A DNA stretch of 64,000 nt, from NCBI GenBank assembly GCA_963833095.1, contig CAWHWQ010000008.1:1-64000 (forward strand), in the 5' to 3' direction. Position 1 is the stretch's first letter. Each line of letters opens with the position of its first letter. Source of the stretch: Vulcanimicrobiota bacterium (GTDB lineage Bacteria > Vulcanimicrobiota > Vulcanimicrobiia > Vulcanimicrobiales > Vulcanimicrobiaceae). The translations under genes and the position numbers were made by a program. The notes beneath the pieces were generated by a model that made no database searches, was not told the origin of the DNA, and worked only from the letters and a program-made list of their open reading frames with translations. This document shows positions 9,114 to 19,442 of the stretch, one piece after another.

Positions 9114-11374
9114 TGAATCGACAACAGGTCCTCGTCTTGTCTCTCGCGCTCGCAGGCGCTTCACTTGGCGCGGTTGCATCGCGCACGATCTGGCTCCCCA
9201 CCGACTGGTCCCTCACGCCGCCGCAGAGCGCCGCAGCTATCACGGGGACGATGCCCCAAGGCCTTGCACTCTCTCCCGATGGCAGCAAGATCGCAGTTGT
9301 CGAGAGCGGCGTCAATCCGCCGGCGCTGCGTATCCTCGATACGCGCGATCTACATACGCTCCGTGTCGTTTCGCTCAAAGATGCATTCGGTACGCCGGTG
9401 TGGAGCGGACTTCAAGTATATGTAGCGGGTGCGACGATAAATGGAATCAATGTTGTCGATTCGGAAACTGGCGCCGTTCACACGATGCCGATCGGTGACA
9501 CGCCTACAGCCGTTGCGTTATATGGACCCAGCCTCGCTGTCGCCAACGATCTTGCCGGCAACGTAACAATCCGCAAGGGCTGCTTGGAGATCACGAACGC
9601 ACCTGCTGCAATGCGTGAGTGCAACGCCCTGCGCATCGTCACAACCGGCAGCCATCCGGCGGCAATCATCGCCACGCGCGGAGGCACCGTCTATGTAGCC
9701 AATCGCGGGGAGTCGAGCGTCACGTGGATCTCCGGCGGCAGCCTAACATCCATGATAGCGGTCGACCTGCACCCCGCCGCACTGGCCCTCTCCCCTGACG
9801 GATCGAGACTCTACGTCGCATGCAGCGATGCCGACGTGATCGACGTGATCGGCACGTCGAGCAACACCGTCATCGCGCGCATCGACGTGAGCGTGCCACA
9901 GGGACGCGGTGCATCGCCGAACGCCCTTGCCGTCGCATCCGACGGCACGCTCTATGCGTCGCTCGGCGCCGAGAACGCGGTCGCGGAGATTCGGGAGGAT
10001 CACGTCATCGCGCGTGCGCCCGCCGGCTGGTATCCAACCGGCGTCGCGGTGGACGATCACAACGTCTACGTTTCAAATGGAAGAGGCGAAGGCTCGCGCG
10101 CCAATCCCGACTTCCGGCCCGAGCACCATCACGATCCGCAGTACGTTGGTTCGGCGATGACCGGATCGGTTCGCGCTATCGCGCGCGACGAGTTCGACGC
10201 GTCGAGCACGGCGCAAGTCATCGCAAATATGCCGGTTCCCGTTCCAACGCCCGCTCAGACCGTCGTGCGCGCGCACGGCCCGATCGAGCACGTGATTTAC
10301 ATCATCAAGGAGAATCGTACGTACGATCAGGTGCTGGGCGATCTTCCGATCGGCGACGGCGATCCGAGTCTCGCATGGTTTGGGAAGACGATCACGCCCA
10401 ACGAGCACGCGATCGCGCTGCGCTTTGGCGTCTTCGATCGCACCTTTACCGATGCGCAGGTTAGCGCGAACGGCCACAACTGGTCGACCGCCGCGTTTGC
10501 CAACGATTATCTCGAACGTTTCTGGCCACCCAACTACGGCGGACGGCGCAAGCAGTACGATTTCGAAGACGGTGCGACGGCCAGCGCACCCGGCACCGGG
10601 TACATCTGGGACGATGCCGATAAGCACGGTGTCTCGCTGCGCGACTACGGCGAATTCGTGACCGATCCGGCCAACCCGGGCGGTCTCTACACCACGCACA
10701 TGGCGGGACTCATGGGCAAGATCGATGGACAATTCCCCGGATTCGATTTGAAGATCAACGACGAAGCGCGCGTCGACGAATGGCAGCGCGAGTTCAATCA
10801 ATTCGTGCACGACGGCAACCTGCCGGCACTGATCATCCTGCGTCTTCCCAACGACCATACCTCTGGGACGTTTCCGGGCGCATTGACCCCGCAGGCGTAC
10901 GTCGCGCAGAACGATCACGCGCTCGGGCGCGTCGTCGACATCGTTTCGCATTCACGTTACTGGGCGAGTACGGCAATTTTCTCAATCGAGGACGATTCGC
11001 AGAACGGCCCCGACCACGTCGACGACCAACGCACCACTTTTTATCTCGCCTCGCCGTACGCGGCGCCCGGCGTGCATCACGCGCAGTACACCACCTCGAG
11101 CGTCATGCGTACCATCGAGTTGCTCCTCGGCTTGCCGCCGATGACGATTTACGATACGCTTGCGCCCCCAATGTACGACGCGTTCGCGTCGCAGCCCGAC
11201 CTGCGGCCCTATGACGTCATCGCGCCGCAGATCGACGACACCGCGAAGAACGTACGCACCGCGTACGGAGCAGCGCAGAGCGAGCGCATGGATTTTCGCG
11301 ATGCGGACGCGGCCGATCCACGCGTACTCAACGACATCCTTGCGCACGCAGCGGGACACGCGCGTCGGCCATGA
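9113..11374 (+). CDS. Secreted YncE-like beta-propeller / phosphoesterase (alkaline phosphatase superfamily)
   Basis: YVTN-like repeats then IEHVIYIIKENRTYDQVLGD, LPNDHT, EDDSQNGPDHVD. Confidence 0.88.
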   Translation: MNRQQVLVLSLALAGASLGAVASRTIWLPTDWSLTPPQSAAAITGTMPQGLALSPDGSKIAVVESGVNPPALRILDTRDLHTLRVVSLKDAFGTPVWSGLQVYVAGATINGINVVDSETGAVHTMPIGDTPTAVALYGPSLAVANDLAGNVTIRKGCLEITNAPAAMRECNALRIVTTGSHPAAIIATRGGTVYVANRGESSVTWISGGSLTSMIAVDLHPAALALSPDGSRLYVACSDADVIDVIGTSSNTVIARIDVSVPQGRGASPNALAVASDGTLYASLGAENAVAEIREDHVIARAPAGWYPTGVAVDDHNVYVSNGRGEGSRANPDFRPEHHHDPQYVGSAMTGSVRAIARDEFDASSTAQVIANMPVPVPTPAQTVVRAHGPIEHVIYIIKENRTYDQVLGDLPIGDGDPSLAWFGKTITPNEHAIALRFGVFDRTFTDAQVSANGHNWSTAAFANDYLERFWPPNYGGRRKQYDFEDGATASAPGTGYIWDDADKHGVSLRDYGEFVTDPANPGGLYTTHMAGLMGKIDGQFPGFDLKINDEARVDEWQREFNQFVHDGNLPALIILRLPNDHTSGTFPGALTPQAYVAQNDHALGRVVDIVSHSRYWASTAIFSIEDDSQNGPDHVDDQRTTFYLASPYAAPGVHHAQYTTSSVMRTIELLLGLPPMTIYDTLAPPMYDAFASQPDLRPYDVIAPQIDDTAKNVRTAYGAAQSERMDFRDADAADPRVLNDILAHAAGHARRP

Positions 11375-12084
11375 CGCCGCTCGTGCTCGCAGGTACGACA
11401 TTCGCGGCTTCGGCGGTCGAGTTTGTCGAAGCTGCAACCATCGTGATGGCTGTCGGCACGGCGCAGGGTTGGCGGCCCGCGTTCGCCGGGACGATAGCGG
11501 CAACACTTGCGCTCATCGTGCTCGTCGGCGCATTTTCACCGCTGCTCGCTAGCGCGGCTGCGCTACGATGGATCGAGCTGGTTGCCGGCGCGTTTTTGAT
11601 CCTTTTCGGAGCTCGTTGGCTACGCAAGGTCGTCTTGCGGTACGCCGGACGTATCCCGATGCACGACGAGGATGCAATCTACGCGCGCGAGGTGACGCGG
11701 TTGCGTGCCGAGCAGGCGCAGGGCTTTGCCGTCGCCTTCCAAGGCGTCTTCGTCGAAGGCCTCGAGGTCGCGATCATCGTCGTCACGTTTGCCGCAACCT
11801 CACCGTCGTTGATCGCCTGGTCGAGCGGCGGGGCTTTGTGCGCGCTATTGGTGGTAACGCTGGCGGCGCTCGCGCTACGCGTGCCGTTCTCGCGCGTGCC
11901 CGAAAACACACTCAAAGCGATCGTCGGCATCATGCTGGTCTCGCTTGGAACGTTTTGGACCAGTGAGGGAATTGGTATCTCCTGGCCCTTGGGCGATACG
12001 ATGATCGTCGTATTTATCGCAGCTTTTGCCGCGCTTACGGCGCTGCTCGCCGTCGTATTTCGCGTGCGAGTCTCGCCACGCTAA
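11371..12084 (+). CDS. COG4280-like membrane protein
   Basis: ASAVEFVEAATIVMAVG, GVFVEGLEV, RVPENTLK. Confidence 0.8.
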   Translation: MTPLVLAGTTFAASAVEFVEAATIVMAVGTAQGWRPAFAGTIAATLALIVLVGAFSPLLASAAALRWIELVAGAFLILFGARWLRKVVLRYAGRIPMHDEDAIYAREVTRLRAEQAQGFAVAFQGVFVEGLEVAIIVVTFAATSPSLIAWSSGGALCALLVVTLAALALRVPFSRVPENTLKAIVGIMLVSLGTFWTSEGIGISWPLGDTMIVVFIAAFAALTALLAVVFRVRVSPR

Positions 12085-12192
12085 AAGTTGGCGAACCAAG
12101 CGCCCAGGGCTTATCCGCTGTAGGGAAAAGTACCTAGCAAGCACTCAACACGAATTGTCATTACAACTTCTACTTTTAGAGAGGGAACGCGC

Positions 12193-13539
12193 ATGGCTTC
12201 CAATCCCGCGTCCTCGGGCAATCGCTGGGGAATTCTGATTGCCGGCATCGGTGTGATGCTGTGCCTGGGAACGGTCTACTCTTGGAGTATCTTCACGCGG
12301 CCGCTTCTCGCCGCGTTCGGCTGGAGCAACGCCGACGTCACGTGGGCGTTCGCCGTTGCAATATTTTGCTTCGGCATCGGAACGGTCATCGGCGGACGCT
12401 GGCAAGATCGCTCCGGTCCGCGCATGGTCACTGTCGTCGGCGTGATCCTTTGGGGCGCCGGACTGCTGCTTGCCGGTCTGGGTACGGCTCCGCTAGGTAA
12501 GTGGTGGCTGTATCTTTGTTACGGTCTCATCGGTGGCATCGGCGGCGGCATGGCTTACGTCACGCCGGTTGCCGTCGTCACGAAGTGGTTCCCCGATCGG
12601 CGCGGAATGGCCACGGGACTCGTTGTGATGGGTTTTGGTCTGGGCGCATTCTTCTACAACCAGATCGTTCCGCGCATCGCGTCGTTCGCGTCGGCAGCGC
12701 ACGCGTCAGGTGTGTACGCCGAAGCACGTACGGCTGCAATTAAAGCCGGTACGACGTTTAGCGCGGCGCAGTATGCGCTCACCGCCGATCAAATTCAGTC
12801 CATCATGAACGTCTTCATCTGGTCGGGTGTGGTCTTCATCATATTCGGCGGCATCTGCGCATGGCTGCTGAGCAATCCGCCGGTCGGCTTCACCGTCCCG
12901 GGCGCGATCGCGCAAGCCGCCGCGAGCGGGCCAAGCTACACGCCGTCACAGGCGCTGGCCATGCCCCAGCTGTATCTGCTCTGGCTGCTGCTCTTCCTCA
13001 ACGTCACGGCCGGCATCCTTATCATCTCCAACGCGGTGCCGATCTACAGCGATCTCACCGGCATGGGAGCCGGGATCGTTGCACCGCTGTACGGGTTGCT
13101 CGCGATCTTCAACGGCCTCGGGCGATTCTTCTGGGGCTCGGTGTCGGATCGCATTGGACGCGGGCTCACCTACACGGTGATGTACCTCATCCAGGTGGTG
13201 ATCTTCTTCATCCTCGGCAGCTTGCACGATCCGTGGCTGGTCGGCATCGGCTTCGCTATCGTGCTCGCCTGCTACGGCGGAGGGTTCGGCGTGATGCCGT
13301 CGTTCACGGCGGACTTCTTTGGCACGAAGTACCTGGGGCAAATCTACGGCTTCATCCTTACTGCGTGGGGCTTCGCCGGTCTGGTTGGACCGCTCGTCGC
13401 CGCGTTCGTCAAGGATCGTACCGGTTCGTTTACCGGCGCGATGCCGTGGGTCGCCGTCATGCTGATCATCGCCGCGATCATCCCCTTCTTCGTGAAGAAA
13501 CCAAGCGAGGCGGAGCAACCCAAAGCCGCACACGCGTAG
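12193..13539 (+). CDS. OFA-family MFS transporter (oxalate/formate antiporter-like)
   Basis: LGTVYSWSIF, KWFPDRRGMATG, NGLGRFFWGSVSDRIGR, CYGGGFG. Confidence 0.9.
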   Translation: MASNPASSGNRWGILIAGIGVMLCLGTVYSWSIFTRPLLAAFGWSNADVTWAFAVAIFCFGIGTVIGGRWQDRSGPRMVTVVGVILWGAGLLLAGLGTAPLGKWWLYLCYGLIGGIGGGMAYVTPVAVVTKWFPDRRGMATGLVVMGFGLGAFFYNQIVPRIASFASAAHASGVYAEARTAAIKAGTTFSAAQYALTADQIQSIMNVFIWSGVVFIIFGGICAWLLSNPPVGFTVPGAIAQAAASGPSYTPSQALAMPQLYLLWLLLFLNVTAGILIISNAVPIYSDLTGMGAGIVAPLYGLLAIFNGLGRFFWGSVSDRIGRGLTYTVMYLIQVVIFFILGSLHDPWLVGIGFAIVLACYGGGFGVMPSFTADFFGTKYLGQIYGFILTAWGFAGLVGPLVAAFVKDRTGSFTGAMPWVAVMLIIAAIIPFFVKKPSEAEQPKAAHA

Positions 13540-13564
13540 TTCTGGGTAAACACAACGGAAAGGC

Positions 13565-13588
13565 GCGGGGGTCGGCAACGGCCCCCGC
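13565..13588 (+). promoter_or_regulatory. GCAA-tetraloop hairpin between MFS and fdh alpha
   Basis: GCGGGGGTCG-GCAA-CGGCCCCCGC, 10-bp stem, no U-tract. Confidence 0.6.
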
Positions 13589-13607
13589 TTCGAATCGGAG
13601 GGCGATC

Positions 13608-16600
13608 GTGAAAACTACCGTCGATCTGACGAAGCTTCTTCCGCGCGACGGAGCGGAATTGCGAGAGTACGTCGGCATGCTGCCGAACGTCAAGTCCGAG
13701 CGCACGAAAGAATTGAAAGCCCGCATCAGTGGTGCCAAAGCCGTCACCAGCGTGTGCTGCTACTGCGCTGTCGGCTGCAGCACGCTGGCCTACGTCAGCG
13801 ACGACGGAAAATTGCTCGACGTCGAAGGCAATCCGGATAGTCCGATCAACGGCGGCCATCTCTGTCCCAAAGGCTCGGCGCTCTTCGGCCTCACCGTCAA
13901 CGACCAGCGTTGGACGACGGTCAAGTATCGCGCGCCGTATTCGGATCGCTACGAGGAACGGCCGCTCGAATGGGCGCTCGAGCGCATAGCGCAGCACGTC
14001 AAAAAAACGCGTGACGAGACCTTTGCGCGCGAGTGGAATGGCAAACGCGTCAATCACACGCTCGGCATCGCGTCCCTCGGCGGCGCAACCTTCGCAATCG
14101 AAGAGAACTACATGCTGGGCAAGTTGATGCACTCCCTCGGCGTGGTCTCGATCGAAAACCAAGCTCGAATATGACACTCCTCGACGGTGCCGGGTCTCGG
14201 CACCTCGTTCGGTCGCGGCGGCGCGACGGTTTGGCTCCCGGATCTGGTCAACGCAGACTGCATCTTGATCGAAGGGTCGAATTTTGCCGAGGCGCATCCG
14301 GTGGGATTCCGCTTCGTGATGCAGGCAAAGGAACGCGGCGCCACGATCATCCACGTCGATCCGCGCTTTACACGCACCTCGGCTGTCGCTGACATTTACG
14401 CGCCGATGCGAAGCGGCACCGACATCGCGTTTCTCGGCGGCATCATCAACTACGTCCTGGCCAACGAGCGCTATTTCAAAGAATACGTGTCGGCGTACAC
14501 CAACGCGAGCTATCTGGTAAGCGAGTCGTTCAAGGACACCGAGGACCTCGACGGGCTATTCTCTGGTTACAATTCCGAGACGCTAACGTACGATTTTAGC
14601 ACGTGGTCGTGGGAACGCGACGAGAAAGGCCGCATCAAGACCGATCCGACGATGCAGCACGAGCGCTGCGTGCTGAGCCTTTTGCGGCGTCATTACGAGC
14701 GCTACACGGCCGAAATGGTCGAGCGCGTCTGCGGCACGCCGCGTGACAAGTTCTTACAAATCGCTGAAACGCTCGCCAAGAACAGCGGTCGTGAGCGCAC
14801 CACTGCGTTCGCGTACGCACTGGGTTGGACGCAACACAGCGACGGCGTGCAATTCATCCGTACGGCCGCGGTTCTGCAAATGCTGCTCGGCAATATCGGG
14901 CGCCCCGGCGGGGGCATCATGGCGCTGCGCGGACATGCCGACATTCAAGGCGCGACCGATATCGCAACGCTCTTCGACTTGCTGCCCGGCTATCTGCCGA
15001 TGCCCTCGGCGAATCGCGATGAACAGACGCTCGCGGGTTACTTGAAGTCGGCCACCAAGCCGACCGGCTGGTGGGTGAACACACCCAAATATATGATTTC
15101 GCTGCTCAAGGCATTTTACGGCAAGGCAGCGACCAAAGAAAACGACTATTGCTTCGAGTATCTTCCGCAGCTTATCGGCGATCATTCGCAGCTGCCGACG
15201 ACGTTCGCGATGAAGGACGGCACCGTCAAAGGCTATTTCGTGATCGGGCAAAACCCGGGCGCCTCGGGTCAAAACGCAGAGATGGCACGAGCCGCGATGG
15301 AGTCGCTCGAGTGGCTCGTAAACATCGACAGCTACGACAATGAGACGGTCTCGTTCTGGCGGCGCGAGGGCGCAAATCCATCAGAGATCGCAACCGAGGT
15401 GTTCTTCCTGCCCGGTGCAACCGTGCTCGAAAAAGACGGCACGATGACGCAGACCAGCCGGGTGCTGCAAGGGCACGACAAAGTCGTCGAGCCGGCCGGC
15501 GACTGCAAGAGCGACGCGTACTATTTCACGTGGTTCGCCAAACGTCTCAAGGAACTGTATGCCGATTCCACCGATCCCAAGGATCGGCCGATCCTCGACA
15601 TGACCTGGGATTACGAGCACGACGACCCGCACGAACGTGAAAGGGGCGAGCCCTCTTCGCTCAAGGTGCTCCAAGAGATCAACGGCTATTACGTCGCGAC
15701 CGGCGAGCAAGTCGCGGCTTTCGCCGATCTCAAAGACGACGGCTCGACGGCGGCCGGCGGTTGGATTTACACCGGCGTCTGCCCCGACAAGCAGACGAAC
15801 CACGCTCGCAGTCGCGATAACAGCGGTCCGTACACGTCACCCAATTGGGGATGGGCATGGCCGGCGAACCGGCGCACGCTCTACAATCGCGCCTCCGCCG
15901 ATCCTGACGGCAAGCCCTGGAGCGAACGCAAGAAGTACGTCTGGTGGGACGAGAGCGCGAAAAAATGGACCGGCGTCGACGTTCCCGATTTCCCCTTGAC
16001 CAAAGCGCCGAATACGCCGGCCAATCCGGATGCCGGCGGGATGGATTTCCACTCCGGTTCGGATCCATTCATCATGATGTTGGAAGGCAAGGCGCAGATC
16101 TTCGTTCCCGGCGGTGCGCTCAAAGACGCGCCGATTCCGGCGCATTACGAGCCGCAGCAGTCGGTCGTACAGAACGAGCTCTACAAGCAGCAAAGCAGTC
16201 CGGTCTTCGGTCGCTATGACCGTACCGACAATCCATACAACAAGCCGATCGACGATCGCTATCCATACGTTCTTACGACCTATCGCGTCACCGAGATGTC
16301 GGGAATCATGACCCGTTACGTGCCGTGGCTAGCCGAACTGCAGCCGTCCGCCTTCTGCGAGATCGATCCGCAACTCGCTGTTGAGAAAGGCATCAAGAGC
16401 GGCGATTGGGTTACCTTATCGACGGCACTTGGTGAAATAGAGGTGCGCGCGTTAGTTAGCGGACGCATGCGTCCGCTGCGATTAGGTAAGGGCCAGCGCG
16501 TGCACACGATCGGCGTGCCCTACAATTTCGGTAACATGGTTGCCTTGGCCCGCGGGGACTCGGTCGGCACGCTGATTCCAATCTCGCTTGATCCCAACGT

Positions 16601-16784
16601 TTCGATCCATGAATCCAAGTCGCTCACCTGCAACATTCGGCCTGGGCGCCGGCCACCGCATCATCGCGACGCGGCTGACGAGCCGGTGCCTTCAAACGAG
16701 CGCAATGCTCTCGGGCAGCCGTTAGGCGATTGGATGAGCGCGCAGCACGGCGACACGCAAAAGCACGAGGGTGATAAGCAGTAA
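13608..16784 (+). CDS. Formate dehydrogenase alpha subunit, selenocysteine-containing (Sec at codon 189, TGA 14172-14174)
   Basis: GGAGG + GTG 13608; CCYCAVGC...CPKG Fe-S motif; NQARI-TGA-HSSTVPGLGTSFGRGGAT in one frame; RGHADIQG; 1058 aa. Confidence 0.95.
14186..14204 (+). promoter_or_regulatory. Bacterial SECIS element
   Basis: GGTGCCG-GGTCT-CGGCACC hairpin starting after an 11-nt spacer from the UGA. Confidence 0.88.
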
Positions 16785-17633
16785 TGGCTACAGGGTTTTT
16801 TACTGATACGACGCTTTGCATCGGGTGCAAGGCCTGCGAAGTTGCCTGCAAACAGTGGAATGAGTTGCCTTCGGACGGCTTCCAGTTCACCGGCAACTCA
16901 TACGACAACACGAGCGAGCTCTCGGGAACAACTTGGCGTCACGTCGCATTTGTCGAGCAAATGTCGGTCGACGATCAAGGTCTGCACGACCGGTGGCTGA
17001 TGAGCAGCGACGTGTGCAAGCATTGCACCAACGCGGGCTGCATGGAAGCGTGTCCGACCGGAGCCATCATTCGCAACGAGTTTGACTCGGTTTTTATCCA
17101 GCCCGACGTCTGCAACGGCTGCGGATACTGCGTCGTGTCGTGTCCGTTCGGCGTCGTGGACCTGATCGAAAAGTTCGATCCCGAGGGCCTACGCTACAAT
17201 CTCGCTTCGCTCAACGAAGCTCGGCGTGAGGAAGATAAGACCGCGCTTCAAAACAATGGCGGCGTTGCCGGAAAGTGCACGCTTTGCTACGACCGCCAGA
17301 AAATCGGTTTCGAGCCGGCTTGCGCCAAGGCATGTCCCACCGAATCGATTCAGTTTGGTGACGTCGACGTGCTGCGCGAACGCGCGCGCAAACGCGTCGA
17401 AACGCTCGTGGGTCGCGGCGTAGCCGGCGCGCAGCTCTACGGCGCCGACGACGTCGGGCGGCGGGGTCGGGCCGCTCAACGCATTCTTCTTGCTCACGGA
17501 TCGCCCCGAGACGTACAATCTTCCGGTAGCGCCGGTACTTCCGTCGACCCGCCAGCCTGCGGCGTACGGTGCCGCAGCCGTAGCCGCGCTTGGGCTTGCT
17601 ATCGCCGGATGGATGATCTTCCGCAATGAGTGA
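16784..17633 (+). CDS. Formate dehydrogenase beta (4Fe-4S) subunit, one frameshift near 17460
   Basis: CIGCKACEVAC, CKHC..AGC..ACP, CNGCGYCVVSCP, KCTLC..PACAKACP; corrected C-terminus is hydrophobic (AAVAALGLAIAGWMIFRNE*). Confidence 0.92.
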
Positions 17634-18582
17634 TCTGCTCGAACCCCCCGGGCGCGAAGATATCGTGCCCACGTATTACGACCGGCCGATGCTCAAGCCG
17701 CCGACGTGGGAATGGAGCGTCGTCGTCTATCTCTTTGGCGGCGGCATGATGGGCGGCCTCGGCTTGATCCAACTCCTCGCCGACTCGAGCGACGAGAGCG
17801 AGCGTATCCTCAAGCGCACCGCGCGCATCTCCTCGTTTATACTGGCAGCGGCGAATCCGGGATTTTTGATCGCGCACCTCGGACGCCCCGAGCGTTTTCA
17901 TCACATGCTGCGCATCGTGAAGATCAAGTCTCCGATGTCGATGGGCGTCTGGGGGCTCGTCCTCTACTCTGGTGCCGCAGGCGCGAACACTCTACGCGAA
18001 CTGGCGGTAAGCGGCGTATTGCCGCGCTGGATGCGCTTTCTCGCGCCGGGCTTTTTGGCGCCCGTACAAGCGTTTCTCGGAGCCTTCATCGCGGGCTACA
18101 CGGGTGTACTGCTTTCGGCGACGGCGAATCCGCTGTGGAGTTCGGGTAAACGCCATATTCCCGCGGCATTTGTTTGCTCGGGACTCACGTCAGCGTGTGC
18201 GCTTGCGAGTCTGCTCAGCACACTCGAAGGCAATCACCGCGTAACCCGCAAGCTGGAACGCCTGGAGATGGTCGCCGGCGTGGCCGAACTCGCCGTTCTC
18301 ACGCATTTCGAGAAGTACGCCGGACACTACGGCAAGCCGCTCTTTACCGGCGCGCGTGGCGACCGTCTGCGCACGTACACGCGCGGTGTCGGCATCCTTG
18401 CGCCGCTTGCGCTCAACCTTCTCGGCAGCATTCTGCCCTTACCAAAGCCCGTCGACGCGGTGCGAACGACGATTTCATCCGTGCTGACGCTCGTTGGCGG
18501 TTACATCCTGCGGGATTCGATGATCGAAGCCGGAAAAGCATCGGCACGCGATCCGCACGCGGCATTCGTTCAGCCAAAATGA
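17626..18582 (+). CDS. NrfD/PsrC-family membrane anchor
   Basis: YYDRPMLKPPTWEW..YLF.GG, HLGRPERF, SPMSMGVW, YTGVLLSATANPLW. Confidence 0.9.
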   Translation: MSDLLEPPGREDIVPTYYDRPMLKPPTWEWSVVVYLFGGGMMGGLGLIQLLADSSDESERILKRTARISSFILAAANPGFLIAHLGRPERFHHMLRIVKIKSPMSMGVWGLVLYSGAAGANTLRELAVSGVLPRWMRFLAPGFLAPVQAFLGAFIAGYTGVLLSATANPLWSSGKRHIPAAFVCSGLTSACALASLLSTLEGNHRVTRKLERLEMVAGVAELAVLTHFEKYAGHYGKPLFTGARGDRLRTYTRGVGILAPLALNLLGSILPLPKPVDAVRTTISSVLTLVGGYILRDSMIEAGKASARDPHAAFVQPK

Positions 18583-19442
18583 TCGACGACGGCATCGAGC
18601 GCGATGTCCGCCCTGGCCGCACGGTCGAAACCTCGATCGTACGCTATGACGGATCGCACGGTGCTCGAGGGTACGATAGCGTCGTCACCGAGGAACCCCT
18701 GGAACTACGGCTCGTTGCCGGCGCAGCAACGCAGACTCTCGCCATAACCATGCGTACGCCCGGCAACGATTTCGAACTAGCCGCTGGGTTCGTTTCGGGT
18801 GAGGGCATCGTTCGCTCGCGCGAACAGATCGTCGGCGTCAGCTACTGCGTCGATCCGAAGATCGACGCGGAGCAACGCTACAATATCGTCAACATTGAAC
18901 TCATCGCGTCGACGCTCCCCGACCTTACGCGCTTCGAGCGCCACTTCACGATGAATAGTTCTTGCGGTGTCTGTGGGCGCGCGAACCTCGAAGCGCTGGT
19001 CGACCTTGGTGTCGAGCCGTTGCGCGACGACGTCCGCGTGCCGATCGGACGTATCTACGAACTCCCCGAGCGGATGCGTGAAGCGCAGCGCGTGTTCGCC
19101 ACGACCGGCGGGCTGCACGGCGCCGCGCTGTTCGATGCGTCCGGTAGGACGCTGGCCGTGCGAGAGGATGTCGGCCGGCATAACGCCGTCGATAAGCTCG
19201 CGGGATGGGCGCTGCTCGAAAGACGCTCCCTATCGGGCTCGATTCTCTTCGTTAGTGGCCGGGCGAGCTACGAGATCTTGCAGAAAGCCGCGGTCGCGCG
19301 CATTCCAATCGTGTGCGCCGTCTCGGCTCCGAGTAGTCTTGCGGTCGACCTTGCGCGCGCATTCAACATTACACTCGCCGCATTCGTGCGTGGCGAACGA
19401 GCCAACATCTACAGCGCGACCGAGCGCATTAGCGCCGGTTAA
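18579..19442 (+). CDS. fdhD: Formate dehydrogenase accessory sulfurtransferase
   Basis: EEPL, TMRTPG, SSCGVCG, TGGLHGA, EDVGRHNAVDK. Confidence 0.94.
   Translation: MIDDGIERDVRPGRTVETSIVRYDGSHGARGYDSVVTEEPLELRLVAGAATQTLAITMRTPGNDFELAAGFVSGEGIVRSREQIVGVSYCVDPKIDAEQRYNIVNIELIASTLPDLTRFERHFTMNSSCGVCGRANLEALVDLGVEPLRDDVRVPIGRIYELPERMREAQRVFATTGGLHGAALFDASGRTLAVREDVGRHNAVDKLAGWALLERRSLSGSILFVSGRASYEILQKAAVARIPIVCAVSAPSSLAVDLARAFNITLAAFVRGERANIYSATERISAG

Noticed and set aside
13540..13607. Moco/Wco riboswitch before fdh
   Set aside because: Spacer is too short and has only one hairpin; I see none of the consensus elements
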